This document shows, one piece after another, positions 9,650 through 18,787 of a DNA stretch of 64,000 nucleotides. Both the position numbers and the translations under genes were made by a program. Under the pieces are notes generated by a model. It was not told where the DNA came from, ran no database searches, and was given only the letters and a program-made list of their open reading frames with translations. The number at the start of each line of letters is the position of its first letter. Positions within the stretch are counted from its first letter, which is position 1. This stretch comes from Nitrospirota bacterium (lineage in GTDB: Bacteria; Nitrospirota; Thermodesulfovibrionia; Thermodesulfovibrionales; JdFR-88), in NCBI GenBank assembly GCA_021840255.1, contig JAKBYX010000006.1:35811-99810 (forward strand), read 5' to 3'.

Positions 9650-10494
9650 TGCTTAAGGTTGCCCTTATAGGGCCGGCAGGACAGCTTGGTACGGAGATAG
9701 TTGCCTCCAAGCCCGGGGAGGTTGAGCTGGTCCCGCTTGGCAGGAACGCTCTGGATATCACCAGGCCCGGAGAGGCGGAATCCGTTTTGATCACGCTTCG
9801 CCCGGATGTGATAATCAATACTGCGGCCTACGTGAGAGTCGATGACGCGGAGGACGAGGCGGAAGAGGCCTTCAGGGTAAATGCCCTTGGAGTTAAATAC
9901 CTTGCCATGGCCGCCAAGAAGACCGGGGCCGTCCTTGTGCACATAAGCACGGACTATGTGTTCGACGGCGGCAAAAAACCCTCTCCCTATAACGAAGACG
10001 ATGCTCCCAACCCCCTGAACACCTATGGCATATCGAAGTACGCCGGGGAGCTTTATGTGGCAAATTTCACCGGCAGCCATTACATAGTGCGTCTGGCAGG
10101 ACTGTATGGCAGGGCCGGGGCAAGCGGCAAGGGCGGAAATTTTGTCTACACCATACTGAACAAGGCGAAAAAAGGCGAGCCGATGAAGATAGTGGACGAT
10201 ATCCATATGTCTCCCACAAACGCCGCCGATGCGGCAAGGGAGATATGGCGGCTCATAACCGAGGAGCGGCCCTTCGGGCTCTATCATGCCTCAAACGGAG
10301 GGGTGTGCAGCTGGTATGAGTTCGCGGTAAAGATAGCGGAGCTTGCGGGCCTTAAGGCGGACATTACCCCTGTCCCGCATACCGCCTACAAAACAAAGGC
10401 AAGAAGGCCGCTCTGGTCCCCGCTTGAAAGCGAGAGAGGCATAAGGCCCAGAGATTGGGAAGACGCGCTTAAAGATTTTATAGGCTCTTTGTAA
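9649..10494 (+). CDS. rmlD: dTDP-4-dehydrorhamnose reductase
   Basis: 281 aa with LIGPAGQLG, HISTDYVFDG and YGISKYAGE. The start overlaps the rmlB stop. Confidence 0.92.
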   Translation: MLKVALIGPAGQLGTEIVASKPGEVELVPLGRNALDITRPGEAESVLITLRPDVIINTAAYVRVDDAEDEAEEAFRVNALGVKYLAMAAKKTGAVLVHISTDYVFDGGKKPSPYNEDDAPNPLNTYGISKYAGELYVANFTGSHYIVRLAGLYGRAGASGKGGNFVYTILNKAKKGEPMKIVDDIHMSPTNAADAAREIWRLITEERPFGLYHASNGGVCSWYEFAVKIAELAGLKADITPVPHTAYKTKARRPLWSPLESERGIRPRDWEDALKDFIGSL

Positions 10495-10564
10495 AAAACT
10501 GTCAGCAGGCGGCAGCTCTCTGCCTTCATGCCCTTTTTCAGCCCGCGGGTTTGTTTTAAAATAA

Positions 10565-11596
10565 TTGATGGTCTATATCCTCGTTCTTAACTGGAACAAT
10601 TGGGAGGCTTCCAGGGATTGTCTGGATGCCCTCCTTAAGCTGGACTTCCCGGACTGCCGGCTGGTTGTGCTCGATAACGGCTCCAGTGATGGGCCGGAGG
10701 AAAAATTCAGGGAATGGGCCATGGGGGCCGGCGCCGGTTTTGTGAGCTACACCAGGCAGGAGGCCCTGGCCGGGGGCCGTCCGGAAGAAGAGGACGCAAA
10801 AAAGAAAAAGACCTCCGGCAAAAGGCCGCTCCTGGTGTTCATACAGAACGGGGAGAACCTGGGCTATCCGGGCGGTAACAATGTTGGGCTGAGGTATGGG
10901 CTGGCCAGGGGAGATTTTGAATACGCGTGGCTCCTTAACAACGATACCCTTCCGGAGGCAGGCGCCCTTCAGGCACTGGTGTCCTGCGCAAGGCAGACGG
11001 GGGCCGCTATGGCCGGCTCAAAGCTGCTTTATGCCCATGAAACGGAGACGCTGCAGATGGCGGGCGGCGGTATGATATGGCCCGCGGCAGGAAACGCCTT
11101 TATCGTGGCTTCCGGCCAGAAGGACGATGGGCAGTGGGATAAACCGTTTCCACTCGATTACATATGCGGGGCCAGCCTTCTTGTAAGAAAAGAGGTCCTT
11201 TGCCGCGTGGGATTTTTGGATGAGAGGTATTTCCTGTACTGGGAGGATGCGGACTGGGGAGTGCGGGCCAGGCGGGCGGGCTTCAGACTTGTTTACTGCC
11301 CCTCCAGCAGGGTGGTGCATAAAGAGGGCGCGACAATCAGCAAAGAAACGGGCAGCAAAGAAGGTAACAAAGAGGCGGTAAGCGGGATAAGCGGAAAGGC
11401 CGACTATTACTGGGTGCGCAACGGGCTTTATTTTACAAAAAAATACTATCCGTGGTTTTTGCCTTTGGTGCCCCTGGCCTATCTGGCAAAGCACACGATC
11501 GTGAGATTGCTCAAGCGGCAGCCCTGCAATCTCAAATATTTCTTGCTGGGGTTTCTGGATTTCATTTCCGGAAGGACCGGCCGCAGGAATTTTTGA
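10565..11596 (+). CDS. glycosyltransferase family 2
   Basis: VLNWNNWEASRDCLDAL...VVLDNGSSDG...GYPGGNNVG...YFLYWEDADW, typical GT2 (rhamnosyltransferase-like) motifs. Start is TTG 10565 or ATG 10568. Confidence 0.8.
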   Translation: MMVYILVLNWNNWEASRDCLDALLKLDFPDCRLVVLDNGSSDGPEEKFREWAMGAGAGFVSYTRQEALAGGRPEEEDAKKKKTSGKRPLLVFIQNGENLGYPGGNNVGLRYGLARGDFEYAWLLNNDTLPEAGALQALVSCARQTGAAMAGSKLLYAHETETLQMAGGGMIWPAAGNAFIVASGQKDDGQWDKPFPLDYICGASLLVRKEVLCRVGFLDERYFLYWEDADWGVRARRAGFRLVYCPSSRVVHKEGATISKETGSKEGNKEAVSGISGKADYYWVRNGLYFTKKYYPWFLPLVPLAYLAKHTIVRLLKRQPCNLKYFLLGFLDFISGRTGRRNF

Positions 11597-11627
11597 TCTG
11601 ATACATTTTTTTAAAACTGGAAACCAG

Positions 11628-12074
11628 ATGAACGAAAGCGGAACTGGAGTAAGAAAAAACCTGAAGGACCATAGCAGGGAACACCTGGCTAACGAGCGCA
11701 CCTTTCTTGCCTGGATAAGGACGAGCCTGGGAATAATGGCCTTCGGCTTCGTGCTCGAAAGATTTTCCTTCTTTATTACGAGGCTTGTTCTGCTGGAAAA
11801 GATCGGGTTGAGGGTTGCGGGCCAACCTGCGGGCGCGGAGGCAGGCAAGGCGCTCAGCGCGTTCCATACGCCCGGATATTCCGCGGTCCTTGGGATAGTG
11901 TTTGTGGTTTTTGGTATCCTGCTTGCCGTTTTTGCCTTCATAAGATACCGGGAAGTGGGAAAAGAGATAGATGCGCAGATATATCATCCGAAGGCGGCCC
12001 TGAATATTGCGCTGACCGCCTTTGTCCTCATTACCGGGATTTTTCTTCTGGCATATCTCGTAAAAGGCATCTGA
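11628..12074 (+). CDS. DUF202 (YidH-like) membrane protein
   Basis: NERTFLAWIRTSL signature followed by three hydrophobic segments. Confidence 0.7.
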   Translation: MNESGTGVRKNLKDHSREHLANERTFLAWIRTSLGIMAFGFVLERFSFFITRLVLLEKIGLRVAGQPAGAEAGKALSAFHTPGYSAVLGIVFVVFGILLAVFAFIRYREVGKEIDAQIYHPKAALNIALTAFVLITGIFLLAYLVKGI

Positions 12075-12098
12075 AGGCCATTTTCTTTGAAAGATTGG

Positions 12099-12425
12099 TT
12101 AAAAAGTATTTGCGGGTTTCAGGCGGCCCGCAAACTGCTGGTCCTCATGCTGAAGGGACACACCGACTTGGTATATGCCCATGTCCGCCATAATGGCTTG
12201 CCACATTATCTTGCCTTTTTTGGCGCCGCTCCAGGTCCCGGAGCGGATCTCGATCTTGGAGCAGTCGCTTAGATTCCTTTCGGTATAAAAGCGTATCCCG
12301 GTGTCGCTTATGTCCGCGGTGACGCCGTCTACCGACATGCTCAGGTTCTCGTCTTCCTTGAGCCGGCACAGACACTTCAAAGGGACTGCCAGACACGTCC
12401 TTGGATGGCTTCTTCTATCTTCCAT
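12099..12425 (-). CDS. stand-alone PilZ domain protein (c-di-GMP receptor type)
   Basis: RRSHPR (RxxxR) near the N-terminus and DISDTGIRF (DxSxxG). Confidence 0.75.
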   Translation of the reverse strand: MEDRRSHPRTCLAVPLKCLCRLKEDENLSMSVDGVTADISDTGIRFYTERNLSDCSKIEIRSGTWSGAKKGKIMWQAIMADMGIYQVGVSLQHEDQQFAGRLKPANTF

Positions 12426-12688
12426 GGGCCCCCCGCATTCTTTGGGGTTTTTGTTTTGTTTTGTTTTATTGTTTGCGTTTTGCTTTGTTTTTAATCAAAT
12501 TTGATCAAACAAAAAAACCTGAAATACCGGGCTTAGGTCAAATCAGAAAAGTTTTTTAAAAAATAAGGTCCTGGACTTTGGATGCCGCAGGGAAACAGGC
12601 TAAAGACAGATCAAAGCGAAACAAAAACTTCTTTACCTAAGTTTCGCATTTTTTTTGTGTATTTCAAGTCCTTTATTTTTGGTTTTTT

Positions 12689-13231
12689 TTACAGCCAGTA
12701 TTCGGGGTATCTCCTGCCGGAGGCCATGTTGTTTACGACGAGGGCCACAAGCAGAAGGACAAGGGCGCCAAGCCCTGCCGGTACAAAGGCGTACAGGTAA
12801 CCAAGGTTATGCACCTTTGCTCCTCCGATAACTGCTATCAGGGCCGTTGCCCCGCCAGGCGGGTGGAGCGTTTTTGTCATGAGCATGGCGGTGATGGCAA
12901 ACGAAACCGCAAACGCCCCCGCAAGCCACACGTCGTGGCCAAAGAATTTCCAGCATGCAACACCTACGAGGCCGCTTATTATATGCCCCCCGATCAGGTT
13001 TCTGGGTTGGGCCAGCGGGCTTTTTATTGCGGCATAAACGAGCACCGCGGAGGCGCCGAAGGAGCCGATTATCAGGGTCAGGTCCCGCGGGGCAAAGTAC
13101 CGGGAGGAAAGATATCCGCAGATCCCTATCCCCAGGGCGGAGCCCACAAGCGACCAGAATACCTCCGGCAGGCCCACTCCGGGAGGGCTCTTCGCCCCGC
13201 CCTTCATCTTTGCAAAATAAGCCTTCGTCAT
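12689..13231 (-). CDS. HPP-family integral membrane protein
   Basis: LHPPGGATAL signature and four or five hydrophobic helices. ATGA overlap with the upstream CBS gene. Confidence 0.8.
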   Translation of the reverse strand: MTKAYFAKMKGGAKSPPGVGLPEVFWSLVGSALGIGICGYLSSRYFAPRDLTLIIGSFGASAVLVYAAIKSPLAQPRNLIGGHIISGLVGVACWKFFGHDVWLAGAFAVSFAITAMLMTKTLHPPGGATALIAVIGGAKVHNLGYLYAFVPAGLGALVLLLVALVVNNMASGRRYPEYWL

Positions 13232-13851
13232 TCGTGCCTCCCGGTTGCTGAGCCTGTCCCTCCGGATATCTGGGTCCTCACTATATCCGCCCTGGAAATT
13301 ATGCCTGCCAGGGTTCCGTCCGCATGGACAACGGGCAGCCTCTTTATCCTTTTTTCGTCCATGATGGCGGCAGCCTTGCCTATTTCGTCGTCCGGATGCA
13401 CGGTTATTACCTTTTGGTTCATAAGGTCCTTTGCCGTGCCGTCCGTGTCTTCAGGCGTCCTTGGAACCGGCACTGTCTCTCCGAAAAGATGCCTCAAGGT
13501 CCTTTTGAACGCATGTCCCCTTTCTATACAGACCCTGGCGATGAGGTCCGCCTCCGTAACGATGCCTATCACCCTGCGGCCGGCATCCACCACCGGCAGA
13601 CCGCTGATCCTGTGCTGATACATGAGAGCGGACATCTGGGGCATCGCTGCGCCGGCATCCACCGTTATGACCTCCCTCGTCATAATATCCTTGACCAGTA
13701 TTTTTCTTCCGGCCTCCTTTTTTGCGTGTTCAAGCGCCAGCGCGTATATCTTCATGAGGTCGTCTTCGGTGACGTCCACATATACCCCCATCTGCGTGAG
13801 GGCGCTCCTTATGTCCTCTGCGGTTATCTTTTCCTTCCTGTCTTCACTCAT
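13228..13851 (-). CDS. CBS-pair domain protein
   Basis: Two CBS repeats (VKDIMTREVITV...ISGLPVVD and AKDLMNQKVITV...IKRLPVV). Confidence 0.8.
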   Translation of the reverse strand: MSEDRKEKITAEDIRSALTQMGVYVDVTEDDLMKIYALALEHAKKEAGRKILVKDIMTREVITVDAGAAMPQMSALMYQHRISGLPVVDAGRRVIGIVTEADLIARVCIERGHAFKRTLRHLFGETVPVPRTPEDTDGTAKDLMNQKVITVHPDDEIGKAAAIMDEKRIKRLPVVHADGTLAGIISRADIVRTQISGGTGSATGRHE

Positions 13852-13980
13852 GGTTACAAATTACATGATGATGCGGGCGGGCCGCTATGATATAGATCAT
13901 GGCTCCTTCCCAAGTCAAGCGGAAACCGCGGCCACCTGGGCGGCGGCAGTCAGGGCAAATCAAAAATCCCATGAATTACG

Positions 13981-13989
13981 TGGTATAAT
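13981..13989 (+). promoter_or_regulatory. extended -10 promoter element TGgTATAAT for the DUF4390-ntrYX-like operon
   Basis: TGGTATAAT read directly, 48 nt upstream of ATG 14037. Confidence 0.45.
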
Positions 13990-14036
13990 CAAAAAATTGT
14001 CCTGTTTGAAAGGCTTTTAATAAAAGAGATCCGAAA

Positions 14037-14603
14037 ATGCGCTTTTTAAAAAAGGCGATCCTGCTTTTGTCCCTTGCAATTGTACTTTTCCTGCCGCTTA
14101 ATGCACGGGCAACGCAGATAAATTCCCTTTCTGTTTCCAAAAAAGGTGACGATGTCTTTGTCTCTGCCAGGCTCGTCATGGCCCCCCCGCTCATAAGAGA
14201 CCTCAGGGCCGGCATACAGAAGGACCTTGTCTTCTACGTCGATCTCTTCAGGCATTGGTCAAGCTGGCCTGACGAGTACATCCTTGGGGTAAGGATAGAG
14301 AGATACTTAAGCTGCGACAGCGTGAGAGGCGAGTACATGATGACCACCAAAGGGAGAGGGCCGGCCGAGGAGACAAGGTACGGCAGCTGTGACGATCTTA
14401 TTAAAAATTCCCTGGCATTGAATAATGTCAGGCTGTCCAACCTCAGGGAGCTGACAAAGGGAAACTATTTTGTCAGGGTCACGGCGGAGTCAAAGTTGCG
14501 GAACCTGCCCCCGCTGCTTGGCCAGATGTTTTTTTTCATCAAGGACAAGGAGTTTTCGGTGCACCGGGACTCGCCCATGATCAACCTTGGAGAGAGGCCT
14601 TAG
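14037..14603 (+). CDS. secreted DUF4390-like protein
   Basis: Signal peptide MRFLKKAILLLSLAIVLFLPLNARA. Its size and its position immediately upstream of an NtrY-type kinase match my recollection of DUF4390. Confidence 0.55.
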   Translation: MRFLKKAILLLSLAIVLFLPLNARATQINSLSVSKKGDDVFVSARLVMAPPLIRDLRAGIQKDLVFYVDLFRHWSSWPDEYILGVRIERYLSCDSVRGEYMMTTKGRGPAEETRYGSCDDLIKNSLALNNVRLSNLRELTKGNYFVRVTAESKLRNLPPLLGQMFFFIKDKEFSVHRDSPMINLGERP

Positions 14604-14609
14604 GATGAA

Positions 14610-16670
14610 ATGAAAAAGGGCATGAAATTGAAGGCGCTCTATGTGCTTGGGGCGGCCCTTGTGCTTTTGGGAATCTTTCTGCCTTTCGAGATAAGATTTT
14701 TAAAGGTCGGGGAGTTCCCCGAGACCCTGCTTTACCTGCTCCTCTTCAACCTGAACCTCTTTGCCCTCCTCGCTCTTATCTACTTGGTGGGCAAGGGGTT
14801 CATAGAGCTTTATCTGGGAGTTAAACGAAGGGTCATCGGTTTTAAGTTCAGGGCAAAGATACTGCTTCTGTTCATGCTGCTGAGCATCACCCCCACTGTA
14901 ATGGTCTACGCGGTGGCAAGCGGCCTTGCGGCCAATTACATGGACAAGATATTCAACACACAGTTCAGGGACCCCCTTGTCTCCTCCCTGGGAATGGCGC
15001 GCACCATTTACCAGCAGGAAAAGGACGGGGCTCTGGATGCCGCTTCCCGCGCCCTTCAAACGGGGAGCACGAATGCCATCGGCCCCTACCGGATAAAGTA
15101 TGTGCGCAGCCTGCCGCCGGACACCACCCCCGGGATGGAGGCAGCCTTTAAAGGCCAAAGGGGCGCGGAGGTGCTTTCGACTTCCAGTGGGGACATAGTG
15201 AGGGGGATCGTCCCGCGCCGCCGGGGCGGTGGTGTGATTGTGGCAAGCATGCATCTGCCGCGGAAGCTCACCGCCTATATAGATAACATAAAGCAGGCAA
15301 ACGCAAGCCTCATAAAACTCGAAGGTTGGCGCACCCCCATCAGGACCAATTTCTACCTGGTGCTTGGCTTTATCGCGCTTACGATAATGTTCACCGCGCT
15401 GCTGGCATCGCTGCGGCTGGCCAGGGGGATCACCGGCCCGGTCAGCGAGCTGGCCGCGGCTACCGGGGAGATTGCACGCGGGAACCTGGATTTGAGGGTG
15501 CCGCCGAGGGGTTCCGATGAGATGGGGTTGTTGATAGAGTCCTTCAACCGGATGGTGGCGGAGCTCAAGGAAGGCAAGAAGTCTCTTGAGAACGCCTACC
15601 TGGAGTCCGACAGAAGAAGGCTGTGCATGGAAGGCATACTGGAAAATATCCGTTCCGGTGTCATATCGCTTTCTCCTGAGGGGGCGGTGCTTACAATAAA
15701 TCCGAGGGCATGCGAGATACTGGGCATAAGGGGGCCTGAGGTGATCGGCAGACAATACGAGGCGGTCCTTTCGCACATCGATTCCGTGGAGCTTAAGACC
15801 CTGATCAAAGGCATTAACGTGCGTACGATAAATTTTCTGGAACAGGAGATATGGGCTGGACTGGGGCCAAAAGGGGAAAAGGCGCTTCTCAGGGTATTTA
15901 TATCCGGGCTGAGGGATGCCAAGGGGCGGCAGCTGGGGCTTCTGGTCGTTTTTGACGATCTGACCGAGATGGTCAGGGCGCAGAGGGTGCTTGCCTGGCA
16001 GGAAGTGGCAAGAAGGATCGCGCATGAGATCAAAAACCCGCTTACCCCGATAAAACTCTCCACCGAAAGGATGATGAAGAAGTGGACGGAAGGACACAAG
16101 GACTTCCCGGTTGTGTTCGAGCGGTCCACAAAGACGATAATAGCGGAGGTCGAGAGCCTGCGCACGCTGGTGGATGAGTTTTCTAGGCTTGGAAGGATGC
16201 CCGATATAAAGAAAAGACGCACCGATCTGCCAGGCCTGGTGGAAGAAGTAAAAAACCTCTACCGCGTGTACCGGGACTTCGTTATCATGATCGATGCCCC
16301 TGCCGGGCTCCCGGCGGTCGATCTGGACCCGGAGCAGTTCAGGCGCGTGCTCGTAAACATAATAGACAACGCCAGGGAGGCCATGGGCGATGCCGGGACC
16401 GTTTCAGTTAAAATTACATCGGATTCCGAAGCCAACAAGCTGTTCCTGGAGCTCTCGGATAACGGGCCGGGAATCCCTCCAGAGGTCAGAGAGAAGCTTT
16501 TTCAGCCATATTTTTCCACAAAGAAACACGGGACGGGCCTTGGTCTGGCGATAGTCCACAAGATCGTCTCCGAACACAACGGATACATACGCATAAGCGA
16601 AAACAGAAACAGCCCGCATGGGAGTTCATTCGTCATAGAGCTTCCGCTTTTTGAAAGGAGAGTTTCCTGA
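14610..16670 (+). CDS. NtrY-like sensor histidine kinase (multi-TM, HAMP, PAS, HisKA, HATPase_c)
   Basis: HAMP region ITGPVSELAAATGEIARGNLDLRV, H-box IAHEIKNPLTPI, and N/G boxes NIIDNAREAM and DNGPGI...GTGLGLAIV. Confidence 0.85.
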   Translation: MKKGMKLKALYVLGAALVLLGIFLPFEIRFLKVGEFPETLLYLLLFNLNLFALLALIYLVGKGFIELYLGVKRRVIGFKFRAKILLLFMLLSITPTVMVYAVASGLAANYMDKIFNTQFRDPLVSSLGMARTIYQQEKDGALDAASRALQTGSTNAIGPYRIKYVRSLPPDTTPGMEAAFKGQRGAEVLSTSSGDIVRGIVPRRRGGGVIVASMHLPRKLTAYIDNIKQANASLIKLEGWRTPIRTNFYLVLGFIALTIMFTALLASLRLARGITGPVSELAAATGEIARGNLDLRVPPRGSDEMGLLIESFNRMVAELKEGKKSLENAYLESDRRRLCMEGILENIRSGVISLSPEGAVLTINPRACEILGIRGPEVIGRQYEAVLSHIDSVELKTLIKGINVRTINFLEQEIWAGLGPKGEKALLRVFISGLRDAKGRQLGLLVVFDDLTEMVRAQRVLAWQEVARRIAHEIKNPLTPIKLSTERMMKKWTEGHKDFPVVFERSTKTIIAEVESLRTLVDEFSRLGRMPDIKKRRTDLPGLVEEVKNLYRVYRDFVIMIDAPAGLPAVDLDPEQFRRVLVNIIDNAREAMGDAGTVSVKITSDSEANKLFLELSDNGPGIPPEVREKLFQPYFSTKKHGTGLGLAIVHKIVSEHNGYIRISENRNSPHGSSFVIELPLFERRVS

Positions 16671-16671
16671 T

Positions 16672-18030
16672 ATGCCCAGGGTCCTCATAGTGGATGACGA
16701 GGAAAACATAAGGCAGAGCCTGGCCGACATACTTTCCGACGAGGGATATGAGGTGGATATGACCCCCTCCGGGGAAGAAGCTGTGGAGTCGGTAAAAAAA
16801 CGGCCTCCCGACCTTATACTTCTTGATATCTGGTTGCCCGGTATTGACGGCCTAGAGACCTTGAAACGCCTGAAGGCACAGAAGGAGGACCTCCCGGTGA
16901 TCATGATAACCGGACACGGCACCACCGAACTGGCCGTGAAGGCGACCAAAATGGGCGCCTATGACTTCATGGAAAAGCCGCTTTCCATGGAGCGGATAAT
17001 CCTTACCGTGCGCCAGGGGATTGAAAGGTACCGCCTTGAAAAGGAAAACCGTCTTTTAAAAGAGTCGGTAAAAGGCAAGCTGAACATTATCGGGGACTCT
17101 CCTGCCATCAGGAACCTGAGAGAACAGATCGAGCTTGCAGCCCGAGGTTTCAGCAAGGTCCTCATCACCGGAGAATCCGGAGCGGGCAAGGAGCTTGTGG
17201 CCAGGATGCTGCATGAGCTTTCCGCAAGGAAGGACCTGCCGTTTGTGGAGGTAAACTGCGCCGCAATTCCCCAGGAGCTCATAGAAAGCGAGCTTTTCGG
17301 GCACGAGAAAGGCTCTTTCACGGGGGCGCAGGAAAGCAGAAAGGGCAAATTCGAGCTTGCGGACGGCGGCAGCCTGTTTCTGGATGAGGTTGGCGATATG
17401 AGCCTCCCAACGCAGGCCAAGGTGTTGCGGGCTATTGAAACCCAGGAGTTCCAGCATGTGGGCGGGGCCAAAAACATAAAGGTGGATGTAAAGCTCATCG
17501 CGGCAACCAACAAAGACCTTGCCAGGGAGGTTAAAAGCGGGAATTTCCGCGAGGACCTCTACTACAGGCTCAACGTCATCCCCATAGTGGTGCCGCCTTT
17601 AAGGAACCGCAGGGAGGACATACCGGCCCTTATAGACCATTTTCTGAAGGCGCTGGCGGTCGAGTACGGCCGCTCTCCCAAACGGATATCTCCGGAGGCG
17701 GTCAAGCGGCTCTCCGCATATCCGTGGCCCGGCAACGTCAGAGAGCTGAAAAATACGGTGGAGCGGCTGGTCATCATGAATGCTTCCGAAAGCATTGAGG
17801 AGAAAGACCTTATTTTCCTGAACCACGAGCTGCATACGGAGGATTACTTTGGCTTTGAAGGGCTGAAAGAGGCAAAGGACGCCTTCGAGCGCGATTTTCT
17901 GGCGAAAAAACTCTCGGAAAACCACTGGAACGTCTCAAAGACCGCGGAGATCCTTGGGGTGGAACGCTCCAACCTTCACAGGAAGATAAAAGCCTACGGG
18001 ATAGATATCCCGCGGGGGGCCGGGGAGTAA
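16672..18030 (+). CDS. sigma54-dependent response regulator (NtrX/NtrC family)
   Basis: ATG 16672 lies just after the kinase stop, with AAAGGAG upstream. Receiver VLIVDDEENI...LLDIWLPG, Walker A GESGAGKE, GSFTGA sigma54-contact motif, and a Fis-type HTH at the C-terminus. Confidence 0.9.
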   Translation: MPRVLIVDDEENIRQSLADILSDEGYEVDMTPSGEEAVESVKKRPPDLILLDIWLPGIDGLETLKRLKAQKEDLPVIMITGHGTTELAVKATKMGAYDFMEKPLSMERIILTVRQGIERYRLEKENRLLKESVKGKLNIIGDSPAIRNLREQIELAARGFSKVLITGESGAGKELVARMLHELSARKDLPFVEVNCAAIPQELIESELFGHEKGSFTGAQESRKGKFELADGGSLFLDEVGDMSLPTQAKVLRAIETQEFQHVGGAKNIKVDVKLIAATNKDLAREVKSGNFREDLYYRLNVIPIVVPPLRNRREDIPALIDHFLKALAVEYGRSPKRISPEAVKRLSAYPWPGNVRELKNTVERLVIMNASESIEEKDLIFLNHELHTEDYFGFEGLKEAKDAFERDFLAKKLSENHWNVSKTAEILGVERSNLHRKIKAYGIDIPRGAGE

Positions 18031-18207
18031 GAGAAAATTTTTTAGCGGGAAGGATGCGGGAATTCCCGGCCCGAATCATCAGGCAGCCCCTGCCATCTCC
18101 ACATCCGCCTCCAAATGCGGATGATAATGCTCGCTAGAATAGTGTCTCCAACGCTTCTTTACATATAGCCAGGTGTGATGTTTCAAAAGTTCTTTGCATA
18201 AATCCGT

Positions 18208-18280
18208 GTCATTCCCGCAAGTGAAGCGCGTCGGGAATCCTTCTTAAAGACAGATTCCGGACAAGCCGGAAGGACAAGAC
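18208..18280. repeat. REP-like double-hairpin element
   Basis: ATTCCCG(18211-18217)/CGGGAAT(18232-18238) and TTCCGG(18255-18260)/CCGGAA(18266-18271). It resembles the widespread intergenic 'cattcccgc...gcgggaat...ttccgg..ccggaa' junk element. Confidence 0.45.
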
Positions 18281-18342
18281 TTATGTCAATTATTTATGAA
18301 AAACTGCATTAGCGGCTGGATTTGGAGGAAGACAGAAAAATA

Positions 18343-18379
18343 TTGACATATATATTCCAACATGCTAATGTTTGCATGT
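18343..18379 (+). promoter_or_regulatory. sigma70 promoter (TTGACA-17-TAATGT) overlapped by inverted repeat ACATGC-N8-GCATGT (putative ArsR operator)
   Basis: -35 at 18343-18348, -10 at 18366-18371, repeat arms at 18360-18365 and 18374-18379. Confidence 0.6.
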
Positions 18380-18397
18380 GATTTCCAAGCCGGAGGT

Positions 18398-18742
18398 ATG
18401 ATGGACGATCAAAGGGACAAAATAGAGCTTTTGAGGACCGTGGCCCATCCCGCCCGGATAAAAATACTGGAAGAACTCGCCAAGGGCGTGAAATGCGTAA
18501 GCGATTTCGGTGATTTTTTAGGCATTAACCAGCCCAACGTCTCCCAGCACCTTGCGGCGCTTAGAAGCAAGGGAGTAATAGATTTCTACATGGATGGCAG
18601 GCTTCGGTGCTATTTCCTTGTCGATGCCTTCATCCCGGACCTGCTTGGAATATTGAAAAAACAGTATGATTCTCCGTTGCCCGCTCCCGCTTGCTGCCCT
18701 GTTACCAGAAAGGGAAAGTATCCGGGAGAAAGAAGAAGATAA
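18398..18742 (+). CDS. ArsR/SmtB-family transcriptional regulator
   Basis: Start moved to ATG 18398 (GGAGG 4 nt upstream), because the ORF-track start precedes the predicted transcription start site. HPARIKILEEL...INQPNVSQHLAALRSKGV winged-HTH. C-terminal PAPACCP tail. Confidence 0.8.
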   Translation: MMDDQRDKIELLRTVAHPARIKILEELAKGVKCVSDFGDFLGINQPNVSQHLAALRSKGVIDFYMDGRLRCYFLVDAFIPDLLGILKKQYDSPLPAPACCPVTRKGKYPGERRR

Positions 18743-18787
18743 AACAAAGAGGAAAAAGGCCTCAAGAAAGAAAGGGAGGTGGAGCAA

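Noticed and set aside
12430-12500. T/G-rich and A-rich low-complexity tracts, such as ttttgttttgttttgttttattg here and 40230-40340, considered as possible CRISPR or tandem-repeat arrays.
   Set aside because: There is no regular repeat-spacer periodicity and no cas genes. They are short homopolymer-like leaders tied to gene starts (reported as a finding instead).
18100-18200. Hairpins downstream of the ntrX-like gene (CATCCGC...GCGGATG, GGCAG-CCC-CTGCC) and a 21-codon minus-strand ORF, considered as an sRNA or gene remnant.
   Set aside because: No U-tract, no promoter and no conserved motif. Nothing separates them from the REP-like clutter of the same intergenic region.
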